Below are positions 54,732 to 63,007 of a DNA stretch of 64,000 nt, piece by piece. The notes beneath the pieces are model-generated. The model was not told the DNA's origin, did not search any database, and saw nothing but the letters and a program-made list of their open reading frames with translations. The stretch is from a virus (lineage: Duplodnaviria > Caudoviricetes). Position 1 is the first letter of the stretch. Each line of letters begins with the position of its first letter. The position numbers were made by a program, and so were the translations under genes. The DNA lies in the IMG/VR virus record IMGVR_UViG_3300033066_000410, positions 1 through 64,000 of that record, one strand, 5' to 3'.

Positions 54732-54866
54732 CTATTTTCCATTTAGGGTAGGGGTGTCTGAATTTTATAATATCTACCGTGTCCCCTGTTTCTGATAAAA
54801 TCTGTTTTCTTTATACTCAGCTATCAACTGTAATAGCTGTGCTTCTGCATTGTAGCTTGGCATAGT

Positions 54867-55118
54867 TTATTTTTTATAATCTCCGTAACCTCTCAAATAC
54901 TCGCTTGCAAGCTCTTTATACGCCTTACTTCTATGGTGTGGTAGCTTTCTGCCTAGCCTAGCGTCTCTTGCGCCATACGAGTATGCTATTGGGTCGTCTG
55001 ATTTTATTGAATTTAAGTCTACCGTCTCTTCATCTTTTACTACCGCAACTCCGTTTTCCAACACAAGAGTTCCGTATTTAATTTTTTGCATCTCTTTCAA
55101 ATATAAAGGTTCCATCAC
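54867..55118 (-). CDS. hypothetical protein
   Basis: 83-aa ORF; YSYG...YLRGY. Confidence 0.55.
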   Translation of the reverse strand: MMEPLYLKEMQKIKYGTLVLENGVAVVKDEETVDLNSIKSDDPIAYSYGARDARLGRKLPHHRSKAYKELASEYLRGYGDYKK

Positions 55119-55386
55119 GGAACGGGTTTTTAAAATTGAAGATTATTTGATACCTAACTACACCATCGGGAAGGCTTGTCTTGCCTTTCATAAAGTCCTG
55201 CTCAACTACAATCATTGCAGCTTTTGTAGGTCTTTTTGCCATACCCTTTTCGAGTATTGGAAACAGAAGTGCATGGGCTTTCTCCATAGCTTCTTCTACC
55301 GTCTTTTTTGCTAAGTCCATGCAGATTTTATCCTCGGGACTCATTTCTGAGAAGTCTACTTCTTCTCCGCCCATTACATCTCCCAT
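55078..55386 (-). CDS. hypothetical protein
   Basis: 102-aa ORF. Confidence 0.6.
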   Translation of the reverse strand: MGDVMGGEEVDFSEMSPEDKICMDLAKKTVEEAMEKAHALLFPILEKGMAKRPTKAAMIVVEQDFMKGKTSLPDGVVRYQIIFNFKNPFRDGTFIFERDAKN

Positions 55387-55391
55387 ATTTT

Positions 55392-55679
55392 TTAATCGTT
55401 TGAGTATTCTACTAGTTCGTCAGGAACTCTGAAATCTATTGATACAGATACATTTCCAAATATACCTTCTTCTATAATTTGAAAGTTATCCGACCCTACA
55501 TTAAAAGAAACTACCCCATGCTCTTTAGGGATTTTAGTTACGTCTCTTTTAAGTATTTGTGCCGCATATGTCATAAACTTTTTAGTTAGCATAGAGAACT
55601 CCTCCATGTTTTCTAAACTAAGCATGTGTTGGTCACCTTTCTCATCGGTGAACGCTTGAATACCATTCTTTTTTGCCAT
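55392..55679 (-). CDS. hypothetical protein
   Basis: 95-aa ORF with an A-rich leader. Confidence 0.65.
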   Translation of the reverse strand: MAKKNGIQAFTDEKGDQHMLSLENMEEFSMLTKKFMTYAAQILKRDVTKIPKEHGVVSFNVGSDNFQIIEEGIFGNVSVSIDFRVPDELVEYSND

Positions 55680-55738
55680 CTTGTTTTTTGTTTTGTGAAT
55701 GCTAATATAGTTATATTTAAGTGAAATATAAGCACTAA

Positions 55739-55900
55739 TTAAATGAAATCTAGTTTCGTCTCAGCTACCAAGAAAGTTGCTCCGGTAACGTTGTCACTAA
55801 CTAGCCATCTTCGCTTATTGATGTCCCAAATTAAAAGGGTTACTAAATGTGGGCAACCTTCTACAGAACTTATTGCACCTGCGATGTGTCTTCTTATCAT
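55739..55900 (-). CDS. small ORF missed by the track (53 aa)
   Basis: manual translation MIRRHIAG...LDFI*; ATGA-coupled to the upstream gene. Confidence 0.5.
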   Translation of the reverse strand: MIRRHIAGAISSVEGCPHLVTLLIWDINKRRWLVSDNVTGATFLVAETKLDFI

Positions 55901-56106
55901 TTGTTAGCTGTCTTTTTAAGCTCAAACCCATAATGCTCACTCGTAGTTTTGTTGCTCCAAATAACTCTATATAAGCAACTATCGGGGCAAACTACCACGG
56001 CATTAACCATTCCTGTGTCTTTGCCGGCTTTTATATTAAACTCTACTATGTCTTCCGTATCAAACTCTGCGGTATCTAATACCTTTTGGGCTTTTGGTGC
56101 GTTCAT
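55897..56106 (-). CDS. small hypothetical beta-barrel-like protein
   Basis: 69 aa, ATGA-coupled. Confidence 0.6.
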   Translation of the reverse strand: MNAPKAQKVLDTAEFDTEDIVEFNIKAGKDTGMVNAVVVCPDSCLYRVIWSNKTTSEHYGFELKKTANK

Positions 56107-56462
56107 TCGCTTTTTAAATTTTCATCATTTTCACATTCTCCTGTTCTAGCTAACTCAGCACAGAACATCAGTATCATCTCTCTTTCGGGCAAATACTGAT
56201 TACAAACAGGGTAGAAATAAATGTAACCATACTCTTCATCGCTAGGCATTGGCCTAAGCATTTTAAACTCAGGGAAAACCTCATTTATTTGAAAGCCACT
56301 TCCGATATGTCTTGAAAGGTGTGCTGCATCTATTAGCGCACCGCAGAGACCTTGAGTAACATCTCCGTCTTTATCTGTAAGGTATTCTAACGCCTTATAG
56401 TATTTAAACATTTGCCGCTCTCTGAGCTTTTTCTTTCTTTTGCTTACCTTTTTTGTTTTCAT
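56103..56462 (-). CDS. hypothetical protein, paralogue A
   Basis: YYKALEYL...FPEFKM...YLPEREMILMFCAE. Confidence 0.7.
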   Translation of the reverse strand: MKTKKVSKRKKKLRERQMFKYYKALEYLTDKDGDVTQGLCGALIDAAHLSRHIGSGFQINEVFPEFKMLRPMPSDEEYGYIYFYPVCNQYLPEREMILMFCAELARTGECENDENLKSE

Positions 56463-56854
56463 AGTTCGGGGGAATCATAGTATTCTAAATTATTACACTC
56501 ATTAGTTAAAGCAATCTCTGCACAGAACATAAGAATAAGTTCTCTGTATGGTAGATACTTCTCATCCGCAGGAAGCCAAAACTTATTACCGTATTCGGGG
56601 TCTGTCTCCATAGGCTTAAACATCATAAACTCAGGGTAGCTTCTTTCTAACTCGCAAAGCCACCTACCTGTAACTTGTATGTGCCCCATTTCTATAGCAA
56701 AGCACATTCCATAATAACTTAAACCGTCTTTTATGTATGGGCTTTTTCTAGTAAGGAACTCCAAAGCCTCATAATATACTGCTGATTTTGTTTCCCGAAT
56801 CTCCGCTCTCTTTTTAGCTGTTAACGAAGTCTTTTTGTTTCCTGTGCTTGCCAT
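56459..56854 (-). CDS. hypothetical protein, paralogue B
   Basis: YYEALEFL...YPEFMM...YLPYRELILMFCAE. Confidence 0.7.
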   Translation of the reverse strand: MASTGNKKTSLTAKKRAEIRETKSAVYYEALEFLTRKSPYIKDGLSYYGMCFAIEMGHIQVTGRWLCELERSYPEFMMFKPMETDPEYGNKFWLPADEKYLPYRELILMFCAEIALTNECNNLEYYDSPEL

Positions 56855-56925
56855 AGGTAGTTATTTTATTTAAAGTGCCCTACTGGGCCTGTATTGAGGT
56901 CGTTTTTGGGTTGTGTGCCTGTATT

Positions 56926-57180
56926 TTATGCCAATATGTTTGCAATAACCCACTCTTCTAACTCGGTATCAGAATAGGTCATAAGCACCTCTGCCGGAGC
57001 ATACGCAAAATATTGTTCATCGAATGCCTCAGCTTCTTTGCTAACAGGTATTCCGTTTCGGAAAAGAGAAGGCATTACCGCATCGGATATAATGGCTCCA
57101 TTGCTTGTAAACCTTACTTCATAGTTAACTCCATGCCATTCGGTTGTCTGATACATTGGAGCCATAAACTCATTCTTCAT
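56926..57180 (-). CDS. hypothetical protein
   Basis: 84-aa ORF. Confidence 0.65.
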   Translation of the reverse strand: MKNEFMAPMYQTTEWHGVNYEVRFTSNGAIISDAVMPSLFRNGIPVSKEAEAFDEQYFAYAPAEVLMTYSDTELEEWVIANILA

Positions 57181-57184
57181 AGTT

Positions 57185-57544
57185 CTAAGGTTTTACTGCG
57201 CTATATAGGTAATACAGCAATAAAATAATTTGAGTTACATATTCAAGCCACAGAATTAAAAATGCGCCTATAAGAGAGTATAGCAGCATACTAAGAAACA
57301 TGGCTATCGTTCCTCCGGTCTTGCTCATTTTGAAAGTTAACCATCGTATCTTATAGCGCATGTAGGAAGCGCGAGCCTCCCCTACTTTTATTTTTAGCTT
57401 TAGAAAGTTCTTCCACAGCATGAGTGCTATCTCTATGAACTTTATATCACTAGTCGAAAGCCTTAGAATGTATTCTTTGCCTTGAAGGACTACAACCAAG
57501 TTTTTTGTCTCTCTATTTTCCATATACGTTTTGTAACTGTTCAA
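57185..57544 (-). CDS. hypothetical membrane protein
   Basis: C-terminal hydrophobic segments. Confidence 0.55.
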   Translation of the reverse strand: MNSYKTYMENRETKNLVVVLQGKEYILRLSTSDIKFIEIALMLWKNFLKLKIKVGEARASYMRYKIRWLTFKMSKTGGTIAMFLSMLLYSLIGAFLILWLEYVTQIILLLYYLYSAVKP

Positions 57545-57893
57545 TTAGTGGGTCGAAAAATCTTTGCAAGAATAAGCACCAGTAAACTGTAAGGTATGCT
57601 ATAGGTGGGAAGAAAAAGCAAATTACCAGTATAGCAGCTACAAATTCTTTAGGTGGCAAAAGCCACTCATACCACTTTTCTTCCGACTCTTCTTTAGACT
57701 CCTCCGCTATCTTTAAGCACGTAGGGCAGGTAGCGGTTATATCTCTAGGCTCTATTGAAAAATGAACCTTATTAAGCCCCTCTGTAAAAGCTAAGTGGCA
57801 TAGGCACATATAAACTTTAGCACCTCCCCCTTTTGGTTTTTTGCTCGCAGCCAAGTGAACCGCCCCTTCATACTTTATTTTGGTGTATTTCAT
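57513..57893 (-). CDS. hypothetical Zn-finger + membrane protein
   Basis: H...CLC...CPTC followed by a TM helix. Confidence 0.6.
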   Translation of the reverse strand: MKYTKIKYEGAVHLAASKKPKGGGAKVYMCLCHLAFTEGLNKVHFSIEPRDITATCPTCLKIAEESKEESEEKWYEWLLPPKEFVAAILVICFFFPPIAYLTVYWCLFLQRFFDPLIEQLQNVYGK

Positions 57894-58261
57894 CGAAAGA
57901 ATTTTATAACTGCATCTAAAATGTAATCTGTGGTGTAGATAAATGATACGACAAGAGTTGCAAATATGGCAAACCCCAATAGAACCAATCTACACAGTTT
58001 TGAATCCTGCTCCGCTTTTAACCTGGCTCTTTCAAGCTCTCGGGTCAACTCAGTATTCTGCCACGGATGCTCACGAGCAAACTCCTCTTCATCAATAAAG
58101 TTGGGGTCTTCTATGTCGTCGCCGGAATACTCCTCTATTTCGTAGTTGGGATAATCTCTCTGTGCCCTCTCCTTACTATGGTAAACGTCAAAGCTGTTTA
58201 GCTTACCATCCTCAAATATTTTGTAAGTCGGGTCAACCGGTTGGTAAACTTTATTTTGCAT
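57890..58261 (-). CDS. hypothetical protein with C-terminal TM helix
   Basis: 123 aa. Confidence 0.65.
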   Translation of the reverse strand: MQNKVYQPVDPTYKIFEDGKLNSFDVYHSKERAQRDYPNYEIEEYSGDDIEDPNFIDEEEFAREHPWQNTELTRELERARLKAEQDSKLCRLVLLGFAIFATLVVSFIYTTDYILDAVIKFFR

Positions 58262-58490
58262 CTGACTTAGCTTTTATTGCGTTCATATACCACTCCACTT
58301 CCCGAAACGTCCCCTGCCATTTGTTTTTCCAGTTGTGTAGATTACTCAACAACTCATCGGCTACCGGTCTAGGTATAAACGTGGCTGTCTCGCAAACCCC
58401 TCCATCGGAGTTTTCAATCTTTAAAGTAACTTTGGTAACCGGCGCATCTTTTGAGTAATCGGCCGGCCAGTTTAATACATCTGTTTTCAT
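58251..58490 (-). CDS. hypothetical protein
   Basis: 79 aa. Confidence 0.6.
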   Translation of the reverse strand: MKTDVLNWPADYSKDAPVTKVTLKIENSDGGVCETATFIPRPVADELLSNLHNWKNKWQGTFREVEWYMNAIKAKSDAK

Positions 58491-58497
58491 AGGTATG

Positions 58498-58800
58498 TTA
58501 TTTAGTGGGCACCCAACACCCGTTAGAAATATTTTTCATCAAAGCATTGAGAACCCTCTTAGCGTTCTCTGATTTTCGCTTGGTTAACCAAATTGAGTTA
58601 ACAGGTATTATCGGCCCCTGTGTGGAAGGTTTAAAGTCTTCTTCTGTAATAGGTCTACCTAGCCGTTTTTCCATGCAGACATCGCATATACAGTCGCTTT
58701 TCTCATCGGCAATGTTAGCCCATAGCTTATCGTTAACTATGACCATACCGCCATCAAATGCGCTGTATTCTTTTCCGCAGTCCTTACAAATGGCAATCAT
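58498..58800 (-). CDS. hypothetical Zn-binding phage protein
   Basis: CKDCG...LW...CICDVCMEKRLGR. Confidence 0.7.
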   Translation of the reverse strand: MIAICKDCGKEYSAFDGGMVIVNDKLWANIADEKSDCICDVCMEKRLGRPITEEDFKPSTQGPIIPVNSIWLTKRKSENAKRVLNALMKNISNGCWVPTK

Positions 58801-58937
58801 GCTCCTGCCGCTTTGTTGCCCATAGCAACTGCCAGTGATACCAAGGCTGTTAGTTCAATAGCGAAGATTATAAGCATACAGCTCATAACCCTAGCGTTGA
58901 ATTTTTCCTGCTCTACTGTTTCTTCCGTCTGTCTCAT
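58797..58937 (-). CDS. small membrane ORF missed by the track (46 aa)
   Basis: MRQTEETV...LIIFAIELTALVSLAVAM; ATGA-coupled; promoter box at 58962-58969. Confidence 0.5.
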   Translation of the reverse strand: MRQTEETVEQEKFNARVMSCMLIIFAIELTALVSLAVAMGNKAAGA

Positions 58938-58999
58938 GTGTGTATGTGTTTATATTTAAGTCAAATATAGCAGATTTCTGAGCACTTTAAAGAAACTAA

Positions 59000-59425
59000 T
59001 TAGTTATACAAGGCTCCGAAGTTGTATACCAAGTCTAGTAGTATGGCGATGTCCTGATGCGAGAACTCTCCTGTTAGGTCTACAGAAGTCCCTTCACCAA
59101 TAGAGCCTGCCATCAAAGGTAGCTCGCCAACCTTATCATTTAACGCCGTCAGCCCTATGCCGGTAGTTGCTTGGAAATCGTTTGCTATATTTTTTAACCA
59201 CTCAGGAGCATTAACTTGGTCTATTGGTAACGAGCCTTTCATTTTTCCGAGAATACCTATCTCCAACTCGTCTTTTGGCATAGTAACCAAACAGCCTACT
59301 CCTAAACAGCAGTAGCTATCGTCTGTCGGTTGCAATGTGCCAACTCCCTTTTTGTAGGTTCCCGCATATAAAGTATCGAGCCAAGCATCAAACTGCTCCC
59401 TGTCCTTTTTTGTTTTAAATAGCAT
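59000..59425 (-). CDS. hypothetical phage protein
   Basis: WLDTL...G.G.L...YCCLGVGC...ALND...F..IA pattern. Confidence 0.7.
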   Translation of the reverse strand: MLFKTKKDREQFDAWLDTLYAGTYKKGVGTLQPTDDSYCCLGVGCLVTMPKDELEIGILGKMKGSLPIDQVNAPEWLKNIANDFQATTGIGLTALNDKVGELPLMAGSIGEGTSVDLTGEFSHQDIAILLDLVYNFGALYN

Positions 59426-59435
59426 AGTATTTATT

Positions 59436-59759
59436 TTATTGGCACCCTCTCAGTATGCCTGTTAGAAATGCAAGTGTGAGCACCGAAGCGATACCCCATT
59501 TCATGCTAGGTGTTAGAAACGGCTCTTCCTCAGCCCGTTCATCTTCTGTCTCGAACGCTTCCGCATCAGGCCGGTAAACAACTGCCCTGTTATCTTCACT
59601 GGCCGGCTTTGTGAACTCTTTAGGTATACCTGTTAGCTCATAATTGGCAGTTATAAATTCCACAAACCCATCCAACGTAGGTTCTGTTTTTTCCCGTTCG
59701 CATCTGAACCGATACCTCTGTAGTAAGTATCTTTCTGTATTACCGTTTTGTGACTCCAT
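59436..59759 (-). CDS. hypothetical protein, paralogue trio member 1 (C-terminal TM)
   Basis: YRFRC...TLDGFVEFI..NYEL. Confidence 0.65.
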   Translation of the reverse strand: MESQNGNTERYLLQRYRFRCEREKTEPTLDGFVEFITANYELTGIPKEFTKPASEDNRAVVYRPDAEAFETEDERAEEEPFLTPSMKWGIASVLTLAFLTGILRGCQ

Positions 59760-59771
59760 GTTTATGTAGTT

Positions 59772-60119
59772 TTATATTTTACCTAGTAAATGCAATACTA
59801 ATGCGGTAAATGCTGCTGCTGCCAACGCCCCTAGCTTCAACCAAGTGATAACCTCTCTACGCCTTGTATAGTATTGTGGTTCCGGTAGTGGTGTGTGCCT
59901 GCGCTCATAGTGGAACTTCATCGTAGGAACCGCAGCCTGCACCCTCCTCTCAAAATCCAACTGCTCCTCTTCCTGTGTCGGAACTTCTATCCGCTCGGGA
60001 ACTTTGTAGAAGTCTTTTAAGTAAACAGCAAACCCCTCCGGTGTAGCTGTCTTCAAGTTATCTATACACCAATAAGCATACTCAATGTGTAGCATACCCC
60101 ATGTTCTTTCCTCTGCCAT
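59772..60119 (-). CDS. hypothetical protein, paralogue trio member 2 (C-terminal TM)
   Basis: YAYWC...TPEGFAVYL..FYKVP. Confidence 0.65.
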   Translation of the reverse strand: MAEERTWGMLHIEYAYWCIDNLKTATPEGFAVYLKDFYKVPERIEVPTQEEEQLDFERRVQAAVPTMKFHYERRHTPLPEPQYYTRRREVITWLKLGALAAAAFTALVLHLLGKI

Positions 60120-60168
60120 TGTTTTATATTTGAATGCAATATAATCGCATTTAATGTAAATTAGGTAA

Positions 60169-60492
60169 CTATTTATCTTTTAAATCCTCAGCCAGTTTTT
60201 CAGCTAACGGCACCGGTAGTTTATATCGGTGTGCCAAGTAGAACGTATAGGAGCTTATTGTTTCCTTCCCGTCTAAACTGGCTCTGTATTCTCTGAATTT
60301 TCTTTCCACATCATCCCAATTTAACGGCTCTTCAACAGGCTGTATAAACTCATGTAGCTCCACCCTGTGCCCGTATTTTTGAAGCAGTGTATTAACCGCA
60401 TTTATTTTTTTACCAAGGTCTGCCCGTTCCTGCAACAACTCTTTTATGAACGCCTGCTCCCTGTATATGTCTTCGATACTCTTTGTATTCAT
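60169..60492 (-). CDS. hypothetical protein, paralogue trio member 3
   Basis: FREYR...TISSYTFYL..RYKLP. Confidence 0.6.
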   Translation of the reverse strand: MNTKSIEDIYREQAFIKELLQERADLGKKINAVNTLLQKYGHRVELHEFIQPVEEPLNWDDVERKFREYRASLDGKETISSYTFYLAHRYKLPVPLAEKLAEDLKDK

Positions 60493-60495
60493 ATC

Positions 60496-60651
60496 CTAGT
60501 ATTGGTCTTTTAAACTCTCATCAATCCGCTCCTGCTCCTGCGATTCCTGCTCATACGCAATTTTTATAATCTTGGCTAAGTCCCCATACGTCACCTTCTT
60601 GGTCTCCGGCAGGTTCTCTATTATTCCTAACACTCTTATTAGTATATCCAT
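60496..60651 (-). CDS. small ORF missed by the track (51 aa)
   Basis: manual translation MDILIRVLG...KDQY*. Confidence 0.5.
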   Translation of the reverse strand: MDILIRVLGIIENLPETKKVTYGDLAKIIKIAYEQESQEQERIDESLKDQY

Positions 60652-60663
60652 CGTTTTTTGTTT

Positions 60664-60831
60664 TTAGTTCTCGAACTCTATGAAGCAGTTTTTAAGTGAG
60701 CACGCAAACACCTCCACTTTGTCCTGCCCCTTCAATATGTAGAATATTACCCTGCTCTTTGAAAACTGCACGTCGTCATACTCTACGTCTTTCTGCCATT
60801 TGCCGTTCACCGTGGTCACTGTCGCTTTCAT
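60664..60831 (-). CDS. small ORF missed by the track (55 aa)
   Basis: manual translation MKATVTTVNG...EFEN*. Confidence 0.5.
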   Translation of the reverse strand: MKATVTTVNGKWQKDVEYDDVQFSKSRVIFYILKGQDKVEVFACSLKNCFIEFEN

Positions 60832-60971
60832 TGTTATATAGCGTTATATAAGGTTATATAAGCAGTTTTAAGGACTGCCTTTTTTAAAAATTTCAAAAAT
60901 GTAGTTCTCCCTAGGTGCAAGTCCCCCTGTGAAAACACTTTTAAGGGTGGGGGTGGTCTGTATTACACAGG

Positions 60972-61118
60972 CTAATCTACCTTCTCTATCTTCTCTAGGT
61001 CTTCCATCACCTCTCGCGCCTCAGACTCCTCTGAGCCACTTATCCATCCCCAAGCCCAATAGATACCAATTATTATCACTCCTCCCGCTATCGGTAGAGG
61101 CATATCCGGCATTACCAT
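60972..61118 (-). CDS. small membrane ORF missed by the track (48 aa)
   Basis: MVMPDMPLPIAGGVIIIGIYWAWGW... Confidence 0.4.
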   Translation of the reverse strand: MVMPDMPLPIAGGVIIIGIYWAWGWISGSEESEAREVMEDLEKIEKVD

Positions 61119-61242
61119 GATTCACTCCTTTCCCGCCCTTTCGGTGCGTTTGGTTCCATTGCAGTAAATAGAGCATACAGCCCTCCACCTATCCCGCTTA
61201 TGATTATGATTCCCATTTGTATAGTTTATATAGTATTATACG

Positions 61243-61437
61243 TCAATTCATTATCACTTGTTTCAGCTCTCTTAGCCGCGCATAAGGTAAAGCCCCAAAG
61301 TGCAGAGCCATTACTGCCTGTGAGTCCACCGTATCAAATGTTCCTCTTAGCGCGAGTTCCTCCTGTAACTCTTGCAGATTCTTCCTAGGATAATCAGGGG
61401 CCACCCTTATCGGTTGTTTTCCATCTTTCTTTGCCAT
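61243..61437 (-). CDS. hypothetical protein
   Basis: 64 aa with an A-rich leader. Confidence 0.55.
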   Translation of the reverse strand: MAKKDGKQPIRVAPDYPRKNLQELQEELALRGTFDTVDSQAVMALHFGALPYARLRELKQVIMN

Positions 61438-61462
61438 TCGCTTTTACTTTTATTGTGGTTAT

Positions 61463-61699
61463 CTAATGTGTTACAAACTTAGCCTCCTCTCCGATGCCTG
61501 CTGTAGCCTCTGTGCATTTGCTGCCAATTATCCTACCATTCGAGTCCAGGTCAAGAATACACTTCTGACCCTTTATCATTATGTAGGTGTGCTTCTCATG
61601 CGGGTTTCGGTTCTCCAACCAAACTCCTAAGAATATAAGGCTCATAGAAAATGCGATAAAGGCAAACGCATATTTGAAATTAGGTATCTCATCCATATA
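61463..61699 (-). CDS. hypothetical membrane protein (start revised to MDEIP)
   Basis: N-terminal TM helix. Confidence 0.55.
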   Translation of the reverse strand, partial: YMDEIPNFKYAFAFIAFSMSLIFLGVWLENRNPHEKHTYIMIKGQKCILDLDSNGRIIGSKCTEATAGIGEEAKFVTH

Positions 61700-61706
61700 C
61701 TTTAGT

Positions 61707-61919
61707 TTATTGTTTACGTTTAGTGTATTTCCGCTTAATTCCCTTCTTCTTGAACACAATATCCATGTATTCCACCAAATACTTAGCATACGTCGTATCG
61801 AAGTATTCTCCCCATATCTTAAACCCTTCTAACTTGTTCGCCTCCGCCGCTTTCTGTGCGCGTTTCAGTTGGGTCAACTTCTGCGGTGTCCATTCTATTA
61901 TAGGCGTGGTAACAATCAT
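61707..61919 (-). CDS. hypothetical phage protein
   Basis: WTPQKL.QLK...YAKYLVEY. Confidence 0.65.
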   Translation of the reverse strand: MIVTTPIIEWTPQKLTQLKRAQKAAEANKLEGFKIWGEYFDTTYAKYLVEYMDIVFKKKGIKRKYTKRKQ

Positions 61920-62299
61920 ACTTCGTTGCTTTTTTCAATTAAGTAATCTACAAATGGCACACAGCCGGCCCCGTGTATCAGATAGCCTATTGCATCTGCC
62001 GGTATTGCAAAATACCAAACCATGTGCCCTCCTAGGTGCGCTGTTACAACTCCGACCATGATAACAGCAAGTCCTGCGCTCATTCTATGTGCCTGCGTGT
62101 GGTGCTTCCCGAACGCATGAGTGCATATAATCATTGGCAGGTTAATCTTATCTAACTTACTCTTCGTTATCTGCGGAGGTTGGTTAGGTATATCTGCCAG
62201 TTCAACCATCACCTTCTTCTTTTTCTTCTGTGTCGCTGATTCGGGCACAGGTATATGAGGTGTTTTCCGTCTGCGTGGTTTGTTGATATTCTGTGCCAT
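61916..62299 (-). CDS. hypothetical His-rich membrane protein
   Basis: basic N-terminus; hydrophobic His-containing C-terminal helices. Confidence 0.6.
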   Translation of the reverse strand: MAQNINKPRRRKTPHIPVPESATQKKKKKVMVELADIPNQPPQITKSKLDKINLPMIICTHAFGKHHTQAHRMSAGLAVIMVGVVTAHLGGHMVWYFAIPADAIGYLIHGAGCVPFVDYLIEKSNEV

Positions 62300-62311
62300 C
62301 GTTGGAACTCT

Positions 62312-62533
62312 TTAGTAGGCTAGGCAATAGTTAATGTATTCGTTTGTCTCCATACTAAAGTATTTGCTCGAATCATGTATGCGCTCGAACACGTCCTTAT
62401 CACTTATATCCTCCGGCAGCATTCCCTCTTGCCCCGCGAACACCTCGCGTAAGCTGTCAATCATTCTACTAGATAGGGTGAACTTTTCCCCTATGTTGCG
62501 TCTCTGTTGTTCGGTAACTTCTGTGGTGTCCAT
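62312..62533 (-). CDS. hypothetical protein (start revised to MDTTE)
   Basis: ATG downstream of the TATATTTG box at 62566-62573. Confidence 0.6.
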   Translation of the reverse strand: MDTTEVTEQQRRNIGEKFTLSSRMIDSLREVFAGQEGMLPEDISDKDVFERIHDSSKYFSMETNEYINYCLAY

Positions 62534-62648
62534 GTGCTTGGTTTTATGTGTGTTTATATTCGATTCAAATATAGTATTGCTATCGTTAGTTAAAAGCAAC
62601 TAATGCAAATTGTGGAAAAGTCATTTTGTGTGTTGGTTATAGGGCAAT

Positions 62649-62685
62649 AAAAAACCCCGAATACTTGTTATCGTATCGGGGTTTT
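62649..62685 (-). terminator. rho-independent terminator
   Basis: AAAACCCCGA/TCGGGGTTTT stem. Confidence 0.75.
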
Positions 62686-62689
62686 CTGT

Positions 62690-62938
62690 TTAGGTGCCTA
62701 AACTGTTTAACCAGTTTAACGCTGCTTGGTGGCCTAAGCGTATTGCATCCTTCTTGTTCATACCGAGCGTCTGCAATTTCATAACCACCTTAAACTGGAG
62801 CTCAGCCTGTTCCCGCTCTTCGCTGAACATATCCATAAGTGTTAGCTGCAAGGCATTTAGTGCTACGTTTGCCTCTAAGCGTTTTTGATAAGTGCTAGCC
62901 AGTTCTCCTGTCTCTTTGTTAACCTGCTCTGTTGCCAT
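62690..62938 (-). CDS. hypothetical protein (start revised to MATEQ)
   Basis: the tracked start lies within a terminator. Confidence 0.6.
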   Translation of the reverse strand: MATEQVNKETGELASTYQKRLEANVALNALQLTLMDMFSEEREQAELQFKVVMKLQTLGMNKKDAIRLGHQAALNWLNSLGT

Positions 62939-62958
62939 TGCTTTAGTTTTTAGTGAAT

Positions 62959-62987
62959 AAAAAACCCCCACCTTTTCAGGTGAGGGG
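62959..62987 (-). terminator. rho-independent terminator
   Basis: CCCCCACC/GGTGAGGGG stem with T run on the minus strand. Confidence 0.65.
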
Positions 62988-63007
62988 CTAATTTGGTTAG
63001 TCTTCGT

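Noticed and set aside
60944-60958. Canonical G-quadruplex
   Set aside because: GGGTGGGGGTGG does not provide four separate G3 tracts; at most a weak two-tier structure.
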